A stretch of DNA of 64,000 nucleotides from Turneriella sp. GTDB lineage: Bacteria > Spirochaetota > Leptospiria > Turneriellales > Turneriellaceae. Every line of letters begins with the position of its first letter. The first letter of the stretch is position 1. Under the pieces are notes generated by a model, which saw nothing but the letters and a program-made list of their open reading frames with translations, ran no database searches and was not told where the DNA came from. Of the stretch, positions 55,449 through 64,000 are shown in pieces. The stretch lies in contig CBDIID010000003.1 in the NCBI GenBank assembly GCA_965279515.1, forward strand, positions 1,792,001 through 1,856,000, given 5' to 3'. A program made the position numbers and the translations under genes.

Positions 55449-56155
55449 CTGAACTCATCCTCATACGCCACGGACAGGCCAATAGCGCCGGCGAAAATTA
55501 CGATGAACTCACCGAGACCGGCCGTGAGCAGGCGCGCAGGGTCGGCGCATGGCTCGCGACGACGGGTTATAGTTTTGACAGGGTGCTGCACGGCGGCCTC
55601 AAACGCCAGGAACAGACCCTTGAACTCATTCAAGAGGAAATGCAAAAGGTCGATCGCCGTGTCGCCACAGCGGAAATCCACCCGGCACTTGCCGAATTCG
55701 ACCTGAAAATCTTTTACACACTCGCGGCCGAAATGCGCCACGGTAATCCAGAGTTCGCGGAAGTCTTGAAGGCCTGGAATAAAGCAAGGCACACCGACGC
55801 GCCGGAAAAAGGCGATGTCTTCAAACGCCTCATGGGTCTCGTCATCGGCGAATGGACAAAACGCGGCGAAGACTTTACTGCCGCAGAAAGTTTTCCTGCA
55901 TTTCAGAAACGCGTGCTTTCGGTTTTTGAACTCGCGTCAAATACCCCACAGCGGATTCTTGCAGTTACATCGGGTGGGCCGATTTCACTGATCGTGGGCG
56001 GGGCATTGGGTCTCGACACGACCGGGGCCCTCGGTCTCATCCGCCGTATCTACAACACATCGATTCATCATCTCACACTGACAGAGGCGCGGCGCGACCT
56101 TGTTTCATTCAACGCGGTACCGCACCTGACCTTGCCCGAACGAACACTCGTTTAA
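55445..56155 (+). CDS. Histidine phosphatase family protein
   Basis: LIRHGQ, LKRQ, VTSGG, FNAVPHL. Confidence 0.9.
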   Translation: MTELILIRHGQANSAGENYDELTETGREQARRVGAWLATTGYSFDRVLHGGLKRQEQTLELIQEEMQKVDRRVATAEIHPALAEFDLKIFYTLAAEMRHGNPEFAEVLKAWNKARHTDAPEKGDVFKRLMGLVIGEWTKRGEDFTAAESFPAFQKRVLSVFELASNTPQRILAVTSGGPISLIVGGALGLDTTGALGLIRRIYNTSIHHLTLTEARRDLVSFNAVPHLTLPERTLV

Positions 56156-57384
56156 GGCTTCTTCAACCGCGAAGCCGGCACCCACTCATTCCAGTCGTCG
56201 CCAAAACCTTCATAAGAGACAAAGGTTTTCGCGCCGTCTTTCTTGAGGACGCGGCCGGGATACCACTTGCCCTTCCACTCAATGAGCACGCTGTCTGCGG
56301 TGACGATGCGATCGGCCATGATCCATTCATTCCATTCGGGCCCGAAGCCGCTATACGTAATGTAGTGAAAGCCGCCTTCTTCTTTAAGAACCTGCGCATC
56401 GTAAGATTTACCGTTCCATAGGGCGCGCACCTTGCTGCCAACAGGCGTTGCACGGAATTCGAAGGGTTTCAGCTGATCGGCGTCGAGCGATGCGGATTTC
56501 TTTTCGCTGTAGAAATAAAACTCCGCGGTGACTTTATTTCCGTTCCGGCCGATGATGCGGGCGGGGTTCGCGCGTTTCTCATAAGGGGCGATGACATAAC
56601 CGCCGGTATTCGCGGTCTTACCGCCCTGCGCAGATGCGATCTTAAAACTCCCGTCGATACCGGACAGGAAATAACCATTACGTTGACGCTCGCGGTATTT
56701 CATCGCCTCGGCAACCTCTTCATTCACTTCAGAAAGCAGAATCGTGCCGTCGCCGTTGCGGTCGCAGAACGGCGAACCGCTTAGGCAGTCAATGAACGTC
56801 TGGGTAAAAGTCCAGTTACCGCTCGACGTGTTTGAGGCTGTGGCAGAAGCCACGACCGCGACTTGTTTGCCTTTGGCTGCAATAATGCGCATCGCCTGTT
56901 CGAGCGCACCCGAATAACAGAAGTCACCGCTTAAGATCACAAGCTTACCCTTGAAGTTGGCGGCGATCAGGTCGGCGATTGCGCGGATGCTGACTCCGGT
57001 CGCCTCGCGGTTCGAATCAATATCAGAATTGGCAATCATCGCACCGCTCTTGATCTGTATGCCATGACCCGCGTAGTAGAAGAAGAATGTTCCGTCGGCC
57101 GGCGCAGCAGCTGCGGCCTCGCGCACCGCCGTTTCGATTTGTTTTTTCGTGCCCTGCGCATCGATGAGTATCTTGATATTCTTCGCGCCGCGCTTTGCCA
57201 ACAGGGCGTGCAATTCGCGGTCTTTGCGTAGTTTATCTGAGAATGGTGAAAGCGATGCGTCTTTCCATTTTAAGACGCCGACAATGACGCCATAGGTCTT
57301 TTCGAATTGCCACTCTGCAGCGTGTGTGGCCGCGACGGCGGAGAGGAAAAAAACAGTCAGGGAAAGTAGCTTAAATATGCGCAT
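56152..57384 (-). CDS. Exported caspase-like (C14) peptidase with C-terminal Tudor/Agenet-like repeats
   Basis: Signal; YYAGHG and DFCYSG dyad; DRNGDG; two Y.GFG..WNEW repeats. Confidence 0.85.
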   Translation of the reverse strand: MRIFKLLSLTVFFLSAVAATHAAEWQFEKTYGVIVGVLKWKDASLSPFSDKLRKDRELHALLAKRGAKNIKILIDAQGTKKQIETAVREAAAAAPADGTFFFYYAGHGIQIKSGAMIANSDIDSNREATGVSIRAIADLIAANFKGKLVILSGDFCYSGALEQAMRIIAAKGKQVAVVASATASNTSSGNWTFTQTFIDCLSGSPFCDRNGDGTILLSEVNEEVAEAMKYRERQRNGYFLSGIDGSFKIASAQGGKTANTGGYVIAPYEKRANPARIIGRNGNKVTAEFYFYSEKKSASLDADQLKPFEFRATPVGSKVRALWNGKSYDAQVLKEEGGFHYITYSGFGPEWNEWIMADRIVTADSVLIEWKGKWYPGRVLKKDGAKTFVSYEGFGDDWNEWVPASRLKKP

Positions 57385-57435
57385 CGTCCGCAATAGCCGG
57401 GGCGCGGCGCTCGGAAAGCGAATTTTTTCCGGGAC

Positions 57436-57795
57436 TTACCCTCCGGTTTCTTGCCAAAGTTCGATCTTATTGCCATCCGCGTCATAGATCCACGCAAAAC
57501 GGCCGTAATCTTCGTCCTGGCGTTTTTCGTCGATACGAACGCCCTTCGTCTTGAGTTCATCAATGAGGCCATCGATATCTTTCACACGAAAATTCAGCAT
57601 CACGGATTGCGGGTCCGGGAAATACGTGGAGTCTTTTTTGAAAGGTGCAAAAACCAGTGGCCCCGCTGCAACGGACCAGATCTCGCCGCTATTTCCGAAA
57701 GGGATGCCGAGATGTTCTTTATACCATTCTGCAAGCTTTTCAGGATCTTTCGAACGGAAGAAGATGCCGCCGATTCCAAGGACGTGTGAACTCAT
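57436..57795 (-). CDS. VOC/glyoxalase family protein
   Basis: GIGGIFF, MLNFRV, YGRFAWIYDADGNKIELW. Confidence 0.92.
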   Translation of the reverse strand: MSSHVLGIGGIFFRSKDPEKLAEWYKEHLGIPFGNSGEIWSVAAGPLVFAPFKKDSTYFPDPQSVMLNFRVKDIDGLIDELKTKGVRIDEKRQDEDYGRFAWIYDADGNKIELWQETGG

Positions 57796-57845
57796 AGGTC
57801 GCTCCTTACCTTGGCAGACGCCACCGCAAGCGGATTTATGCGGAG

Positions 57846-58604
57846 TTATACTGCGTTGAGGTGAGTGAGAATGACCGGTGCACCGTCGGTGACCACAATC
57901 GTGTGCTCGTGCTGCGCAACAAAGCCACCCTTATTACCGACCAGAGTCCAGCCGTCGCTGAGTGTTTTTGCCATTGTAGAACCCGTTGAAATAAAGGTCT
58001 CGATCGCCACGACTGAGTTCTTCTTAAAACGCCGCTTGTTGCGGTTATCGCGCCAGTTGAGAATTTCATTCGGCTCTTCGTGGAGGCGACGGCCGACACC
58101 ATGCCCTGCAAGATTGCGTATTACGGAAAAGCCCGATTTATTCGCCTCGCTTTCCATGAGGCCGCCGATATCAGCGATTCTGACTCCGTCACGGATAGAA
58201 GCAACCGCGCGGTGTAATATTTTCTGCGAGGCATCGACAAGTTTCTGGTGCCCGTTCGTGTCGCGCCCGAGAACGAACGATCCGCCGTTGTCAGACCAGA
58301 AACCGCCCCGCTCTGCGGAAACATCGATGTTGATGAGATCACCGTCGTGCAAAACTTTATTCGCATCGGGAATCCCGTGCGCGATCTCTTTATTCACACT
58401 GATGCAGGTATGTCCGGGAAAACCGTAAGCCAGCTTTGGCGCAGATCGCGCGCCCTCGTCAGAGAGCAGCTTACCACCAAACCGGTCTAGCTCAGCTGCT
58501 GACATGCCGGGTTGCGCGTACTCGCGCATTCTTCTGAGCGTCAGTGCGACGATATCGCTGATGCGGCGCATGCCTTCGAGTTCTTCTTTAGATTGTATCG
58601 ACAT
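57846..58604 (-). CDS. map: Type I methionine aminopeptidase
   Basis: CISVNKEIAHGIP, NIDVS, GHGVG..LHEEP, AIETF, AQHEHT. Confidence 0.96.
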   Translation of the reverse strand: MSIQSKEELEGMRRISDIVALTLRRMREYAQPGMSAAELDRFGGKLLSDEGARSAPKLAYGFPGHTCISVNKEIAHGIPDANKVLHDGDLINIDVSAERGGFWSDNGGSFVLGRDTNGHQKLVDASQKILHRAVASIRDGVRIADIGGLMESEANKSGFSVIRNLAGHGVGRRLHEEPNEILNWRDNRNKRRFKKNSVVAIETFISTGSTMAKTLSDGWTLVGNKGGFVAQHEHTIVVTDGAPVILTHLNAV

Positions 58605-58624
58605 AGTCTATATACCTCTTTGGC

Positions 58625-59794
58625 TCAGAATTTATTAAAATATCCGGATTCGATGACGGGAGCACAAAGTGAGCCGATCGATTTTGTGTCTATGATTAGT
58701 ATCGGGTTATTGGTTGCATTCGGAATACCGTAAATTTTGCCGTTCGCTGCCAAAACGCCACCCACCCAGCCACCGCTGCCGGGGCCGAACGTCCGGGTTT
58801 GTGAGGTCGTGGGGTCGAACTCAATGACCGCTGTTGCCGCATTGGGAATAAAATAAATTTTACCATTGGGCGCGTATACAGCGCCCGCGTAGTTCGCCGC
58901 AGTCAGCGCGAAACTCCCCCATGTCTGCGTTGTCCGCGTCGTCGGATCAATTTCCAGTATCGTACCTGTGATCCCGGGTGACGCGTAATAGCGGCCGTTA
59001 TTGCCCATCGCTCCGCCGATCCATTTTGCCCCAGCGCCAAACGTGCCAAATTCCGACGTGGTATCCGTTGCCGGATCAATTTCCAGAACAGTCGTTCCAT
59101 CGGTAGGGGGGGCATAGATTTTTCCGTTCGGCGCGAGAAATGCACCGCCCCATTTTCCAACGCCGGCGCCTCCTAATGAACCGAAATAACTATGTGTGTC
59201 GGTATTAGGATCGATTTTCAGAACACTCGTCGCCCAATGCGGAATGCCGTAAATGAAACCCTGCGGAGCAACTGTCATTCCCAGGATAGCGTTGTTGGTT
59301 CCGGAGACGGTGCCGGTGAAAGTGACGACCGTCGAGGGCGGTGTAAACACACGCGGCAGGTTTGTCACCGAATAAGGACTCCAGTAAATTTTTCCGTTTG
59401 TGGCCAGAACCCCGCTGGCATGCGCTCCCCCACCCGGAGCCGTGCCGCTGGTTGTAAACGAATCGGTGGCGGGATCTATTTCCATATTGGCCGTAGCCAC
59501 AAAGGGATTCCCATAGATCTTCCCGTTTGCGCCTAACACACCACCATGGTACGGATTCGTCGCTGTGGGACCAGATATAGTCGTCACCACAGGATCACCG
59601 GTCGTACCTTTTTGGGCTACCTCTTGCAGATATTTTTGCACAGCAGACCAGTTCGCAGGTTGAATCACTTCGAGGCGTGATAGCGTACACACATCAACCG
59701 TTGGCGATTTGGATAGTTCCCAAAAGTGACCCCAGCTTTGCCCACACGAAAAGCAAAACATTGTGCCCAGGATCGGTATTAACGTTCGGCGCAT
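58625..59794 (-). CDS. Beta-propeller repeat lipoprotein
   Basis: CFSC lipobox; about seven repeats of G.VL..NGKIY..P.....EIDP.T. Confidence 0.8.
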   Translation of the reverse strand: MRRTLIPILGTMFCFSCGQSWGHFWELSKSPTVDVCTLSRLEVIQPANWSAVQKYLQEVAQKGTTGDPVVTTISGPTATNPYHGGVLGANGKIYGNPFVATANMEIDPATDSFTTSGTAPGGGAHASGVLATNGKIYWSPYSVTNLPRVFTPPSTVVTFTGTVSGTNNAILGMTVAPQGFIYGIPHWATSVLKIDPNTDTHSYFGSLGGAGVGKWGGAFLAPNGKIYAPPTDGTTVLEIDPATDTTSEFGTFGAGAKWIGGAMGNNGRYYASPGITGTILEIDPTTRTTQTWGSFALTAANYAGAVYAPNGKIYFIPNAATAVIEFDPTTSQTRTFGPGSGGWVGGVLAANGKIYGIPNATNNPILIIDTKSIGSLCAPVIESGYFNKF

Positions 59795-59883
59795 GCGTCG
59801 CAAAATCGCTGCGGCTTTGCACCGTCAAAACATATGTAACGAAAACTGCGTTTACCCCGTGCCCGATGCATATGCTCTGCTCC

Positions 59884-60609
59884 ATGGCACAAAAAACCGT
59901 ACTCATTACAGGCGCGACACGCGGCATCGGCAGGGGGATTGCCCTCGGATTTGCCGCCGCCGGCTACCAGGTCTATGGCACAGGCCGCAATTTAGAGGGC
60001 GGCGATTGGGCGAAAGAAAAGGGCATCATTTTGAAACAAGCCGATGTCTCCGACCAGGCGGCTATGGCGCAGATCATGAAAGAGATCCAGGAAAAACATG
60101 GCCGCCTGGATTGTCTTGTGAATAATGCCGGTGTCGCATCCAACACTCCGGCGTCGGGTCTCGACGACGACGAAATTGCGAAAATCATCGATACCAATTT
60201 CAAGGCAGTCTTTCAATGCTGCCAGAGCTATTACAAAATGCAGCGCAAATCGGGCGGCGGCAATATCATCAATATCTCGAGCGTACTGGGTATCGTCGGG
60301 ACATCCCTCGCCTCTGTCTATTCAGGCACGAAGGGCGCCGTCATTTCCATGACGAAAGCCCTCGCCATCGAATGGGCGAATTCCGGCTTTCGCGTGAATG
60401 CCATCTGCCCCGGCTTCATCGACACCGACATGACCGAGATGATCAAAAAACGCGAGGCGGTTTACCAAAAGATGCTCGAGTACATTCCGTTAAAACGCCT
60501 CGGCACTCCGGAAGATATCGCAGCCCCGGCTGTAATGCTCGCTTCTGACGGGGCATCTTATATCACGGGGCAAATCATCGTCGTCGACGGCGGATTGACC
60601 GCGCAATAG
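59884..60609 (+). CDS. FabG-like SDR oxidoreductase
   Basis: TGATRGIG, NNAG, YSGTK, CPGFIDTDMT, VDGG. Confidence 0.92.
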   Translation: MAQKTVLITGATRGIGRGIALGFAAAGYQVYGTGRNLEGGDWAKEKGIILKQADVSDQAAMAQIMKEIQEKHGRLDCLVNNAGVASNTPASGLDDDEIAKIIDTNFKAVFQCCQSYYKMQRKSGGGNIINISSVLGIVGTSLASVYSGTKGAVISMTKALAIEWANSGFRVNAICPGFIDTDMTEMIKKREAVYQKMLEYIPLKRLGTPEDIAAPAVMLASDGASYITGQIIVVDGGLTAQ

Positions 60610-60751
60610 TTGTCATTTAAAATATCCGAATTCACGGATAGGCAATCTCTTGCACTATAGGTGCTTTTTTGACAAAACTCTTGACGCGGCCCGCTTGCTG
60701 TTATCCACCTGCTGAATACCTTCCGGGACCAAGTTGCCCCGATAACATTCC

Positions 60752-63700
60752 ATGGCATCCCGATTCAAATCACTGCAACCGCACCACTGGCGCAATGCCG
60801 CAATTGTTCTAGCCATTTTTGTAACAATGATCGCTGTTGCCGTGTTATGCGGCTGGGCCTTCAATATTCCCGTACTTAAGAGCGTTATACCTGGTTTAGC
60901 GGCCATGAAGGTCAATACTGCCCTGGGGATGTTATTTTCAGGTGCAGCACTCTCGGTTGCTTTAATCCGCGGCGCCGCACCTTACAAAAAAATCATAGTT
61001 CTTATTCTGGCGCTATTGCTCTTCGTGCTGGGCTTGGCAACACTCACCGAGTACTTTCTGGATGTTGATCTAAAAATCGATCAAATGCTGTTCGCCGATT
61101 CCGACAGTGTTGAAACCTCTCATCCGGGACGGATGTCGCCCTCCAGTGCCTTCTGTTTTCTGATTGTTGCAACAGCGCTTTTACTTTCACTGCGGGAAAA
61201 ATCGAACCTGCGCCTGCCACTCGTATCCGCGCTTGCCGTTACCCTTACGCTGATTGGCTCACTCAACCTCCTGGGGCAGCTAACGAACTATCTTCTCGGA
61301 TGGCAATGGTGGAATTATTCCGGCGTTGCTTTGCATACGGCGGCTTGTTTTATTCTAATCGGTCTCGCCCTGATGACTTTATTGCGCAGTGAGATCAATG
61401 CCGTTTGGTCCCTGAGCCTTGTGATGACGACCGGTTTCGCCGTTTGCATCATATCGCTACTGGCCATCGGTACAATTTCTTTCCATTTTACCAAACGCCT
61501 GAAGCAAACGTCGCAGCTGGTTCATCATACTCACCGTGTGCTAAAGGAAATTGAAAATGTCCGGGCTGCTTTATCCGATCTCGAAAGCAGCCAGCGCGGT
61601 TTTTTGATTCTGGGACGTGAGAGTATGCTCACGGGTAGAGAGGCCGTTAAAAGAGAAATCCGGATAAATCTTCAGGCAATCCGTGTGCTAATGGCGGACA
61701 ACCTCACCCAGCAGGAGCATCTTAGCCGGCTGATAAAGCTCATCCCTGAGCGCATTAAATTCGGCGATCTCACGATCGCAGCGCGTAAAACCCAGGGTTG
61801 GCTTCCAGCGCAGGCGCTGGTGGCCACAGGTAAGGGCATCGAGCTCACCGAAAAAATCCATCTGCTCCTAAAAAACCTGCGTGATGAAGAATACCGCTTA
61901 GGCCTGCTACGCGAACAAAATGCCACCAGAGCGGTCACATCCACATTTCTCTTTTTGCCGCTCGGTATCTTTCTCAGCCTGGCAATGGTAATATGCGGTG
62001 TATTTTTGCTAAACGCAGGAATCAGCGATAAGCAGCAAGCAGAATCGCACGTGGCGTTTCAGGCGAGCCTCTTAAGCCAGATTAACGACGCCGTCATTGC
62101 CGTGGACGCCGAATCGCATATCACGGCCTGGAATCACGCCGCTGAAACCCTCTACGGCTGGCGCGAAGCTGAAGTCCGTGGCAAACCTTCGTCGCAAATC
62201 ATACGGTCCCTGCTGACTCCCGAAGCACGGCAACAAATCTGGCAACAGATTATGGACGACGGGTCGTGCCGCCATGAATTTGTGCAGGTACACCGGGACG
62301 GCACCGTACTGCACGTCGAAGGCAATACGATCGCCCTGCGCGACGAGCAGGGTACATTCACGGGAGTGCTGAGCGTTAACCGCGATATCGGCGAGAGAAA
62401 ACGCGAAGAAGCACGAAGATTGATTTCTGAAGAACGCTACCGCGCGTTATTCGAAACCCTGATCGAAGGGTTTTGTACTATTGAACTGATCTTCGACGAA
62501 GAAAACAAACCTCTCGATTTCCGGTTCATCGAGGTTAACCCCGCTTTCGAAAAACAAACCGGTTTGCGCGATGTCGAAGGGCGGCTCATAAGCGACGTAA
62601 CCCCGGGTCTCGAAAAATACTGGCTTGAGACTTATGGGAAAGTTGCTTTGACGGGCGAACCGCTGCAATTCGAGAACGAGGCGAAGGTTTTGGGTCGCCA
62701 TTTTTACGTCTGCGCCTACCGGGTAGGCGAGAACACCGGCCAGAGAGTTGCCATACTCTTCAACGACATCACGGAACGTAAAAATGCCGAAGCAAAAATA
62801 CTGAACATCAACGCCGAACTGGAACAACGAGTCATGGATCGTACCCGCGAGCTACAGAGTCAGACAAACAAACTGCAACAGCTCATCGAATCTTCACCCG
62901 ATGCGATTATCACGCTGGACCTGACAAGGCGATATGTCACCTCGTGGAACAATTCGGCGGAATCCATGTATGGTTACACGGCCGCTGAGGCCATCGGCAA
63001 GACGACCGACGAACTCGTGACAACCGAACGCGTCAACGCCACGCCGGAAAGCGTTTCGCAGAGCCTCGCCGCAACCGGGCGATGGCAGGGTGAGATTATT
63101 CAGTATAACAAACGGGGCGAGAAACTTTATCTGCTCTGCTCCGCAGCTTTCGTACGCGACGGCGACGGCAAGCCCACAGGACTCATTTCCATCAACCGTG
63201 ATATCTCCGCATTAAAAGAACATGAACAACAGCAGCGCGAACTCAACATAATCCTCGAAAAAAATATGGACCAGCTGACTGCCGCCAATCGCGAACTTGA
63301 GGCCTTTTCTTATTCGGTGTCGCATGACCTGCGGGCACCGCTCAGGGGTATCGACGGCTGGAGCCTGGCGTTACTCGAAGACTACGGAGACCAGCTCGAC
63401 GCCCAGGCACGGCAATACCTCGAGCGGGTTCGCTCCGAAACCAAACGTATGGATCTGCTGGTGGACGCGATGCTCGATCTGTCACGTATCAGCCGCGCAG
63501 AAATGCAGCCCGAAAAAACCGATATCAGTGCCATCGCCCGCACCATTTCAGAACGGCTGAACGAATCGGATAAGGGCAGAAAAACCGACTGGCGCATACA
63601 ACCCGGCCTTTGGATCATGGGCGATCCTCCACTCGTGGAAATTGCGCTCTCTAACCTGTTGGGCAACGCTTTCAAATTTACGAAAAGAACGGAGAACGCC

Positions 63701-63961
63701 TGCATTGAGTTCGGTCAAAACCAGGACAATAAACGGCGGCCATTCTTTATCCGCGACAACGGCGCCGGTTTTGATATGAATTTTGCGAAAAAACTCTTCG
63801 GCGCATTCCAGAGAATGCATAAAGCCTCCGATTTTGCGGGAACCGGAGTCGGGCTTGCCACCGTACAGCGCATTATACACAGACACGGTGGGGAGATCTG
63901 GGCTGAGTCCGCTGTCCATAAAGGGGCAACTTTCTATTTCACCATGGGAGAAATGATATGA
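60752..63961 (+). CDS. Multi-TM CHASE3/PAS sensor histidine kinase
   Basis: TM region, LESSQRGFL (CHASE3), three PAS domains, FSYSVSHDLRAPLR, GTGVGLA. Confidence 0.92.
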   Translation: MASRFKSLQPHHWRNAAIVLAIFVTMIAVAVLCGWAFNIPVLKSVIPGLAAMKVNTALGMLFSGAALSVALIRGAAPYKKIIVLILALLLFVLGLATLTEYFLDVDLKIDQMLFADSDSVETSHPGRMSPSSAFCFLIVATALLLSLREKSNLRLPLVSALAVTLTLIGSLNLLGQLTNYLLGWQWWNYSGVALHTAACFILIGLALMTLLRSEINAVWSLSLVMTTGFAVCIISLLAIGTISFHFTKRLKQTSQLVHHTHRVLKEIENVRAALSDLESSQRGFLILGRESMLTGREAVKREIRINLQAIRVLMADNLTQQEHLSRLIKLIPERIKFGDLTIAARKTQGWLPAQALVATGKGIELTEKIHLLLKNLRDEEYRLGLLREQNATRAVTSTFLFLPLGIFLSLAMVICGVFLLNAGISDKQQAESHVAFQASLLSQINDAVIAVDAESHITAWNHAAETLYGWREAEVRGKPSSQIIRSLLTPEARQQIWQQIMDDGSCRHEFVQVHRDGTVLHVEGNTIALRDEQGTFTGVLSVNRDIGERKREEARRLISEERYRALFETLIEGFCTIELIFDEENKPLDFRFIEVNPAFEKQTGLRDVEGRLISDVTPGLEKYWLETYGKVALTGEPLQFENEAKVLGRHFYVCAYRVGENTGQRVAILFNDITERKNAEAKILNINAELEQRVMDRTRELQSQTNKLQQLIESSPDAIITLDLTRRYVTSWNNSAESMYGYTAAEAIGKTTDELVTTERVNATPESVSQSLAATGRWQGEIIQYNKRGEKLYLLCSAAFVRDGDGKPTGLISINRDISALKEHEQQQRELNIILEKNMDQLTAANRELEAFSYSVSHDLRAPLRGIDGWSLALLEDYGDQLDAQARQYLERVRSETKRMDLLVDAMLDLSRISRAEMQPEKTDISAIARTISERLNESDKGRKTDWRIQPGLWIMGDPPLVEIALSNLLGNAFKFTKRTENACIEFGQNQDNKRRPFFIRDNGAGFDMNFAKKLFGAFQRMHKASDFAGTGVGLATVQRIIHRHGGEIWAESAVHKGATFYFTMGEMI

Positions 63962-64000
63962 CGTCTAAAATGATTTTGCTCGTTGAGGATAATCCCAGCG
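63958..64000 (+). CDS. Response regulator, N-terminal fragment (runs off the window)
   Basis: ATGA overlap with the kinase stop; MTSKMILLVEDNP. Confidence 0.75.
   Translation, partial: MTSKMILLVEDNPS

Noticed and set aside
58625..59794. Repeats in the NGKIY protein as a DNA repeat array
   Set aside because: Repeats are at protein level (propeller blades) with diverged codons.
60622..60640. TATCCG-N6-CGGATA palindrome after the SDR gene
   Set aside because: Only 6-bp arms and no U-tract; could be chance.

Overview
Gene-dense bacterial chromosomal window of about 65 CDS, with no rRNA, tRNA, CRISPR array or transposase recognised. Gene content and style (lipoproteins, SH3 and FGE-domain proteins, CheX, fatty-acid enzymes, moderately high GC) suggest a Leptospiraceae spirochaete such as Turneriella; this is inference only. 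Housekeeping genes are uppP, rpsO-pnp-M16 peptidase, argJ, yajQ, a TrmH methylase, a glutathione peroxidase and map. The most interesting locus is a translationally coupled four-gene operon at 17334-20058. It encodes a nucleotidyltransferase, a TIGR04222-like membrane protein ending in a 7-Cys Ser/Gly/Cys tail, a DUF692 (MNIO) multinuclear iron enzyme and a small helical partner. This looks like a RiPP-type modification system acting on a membrane-anchored substrate. Other highlights: (1) an ECF sigma/FecR pair whose promoter motif (AATCTGACGG-N14-TGTCACGATA) recurs exactly in front of a three-gene outer-membrane operon, two of whose genes appear to translate a palindromic repeat into their N-termini; (2) a receptor-less chemosensory-like cluster (CheY, CheX, porin, binding protein, membrane-bound CheA-like kinase); (3) LvaAB/ACAD10-like genes interrupted by hicBA; (4) genes that seem to need ATT/ATC start codons or leaderless mRNAs. 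All product calls come from motif recognition by eye, not from database searches.
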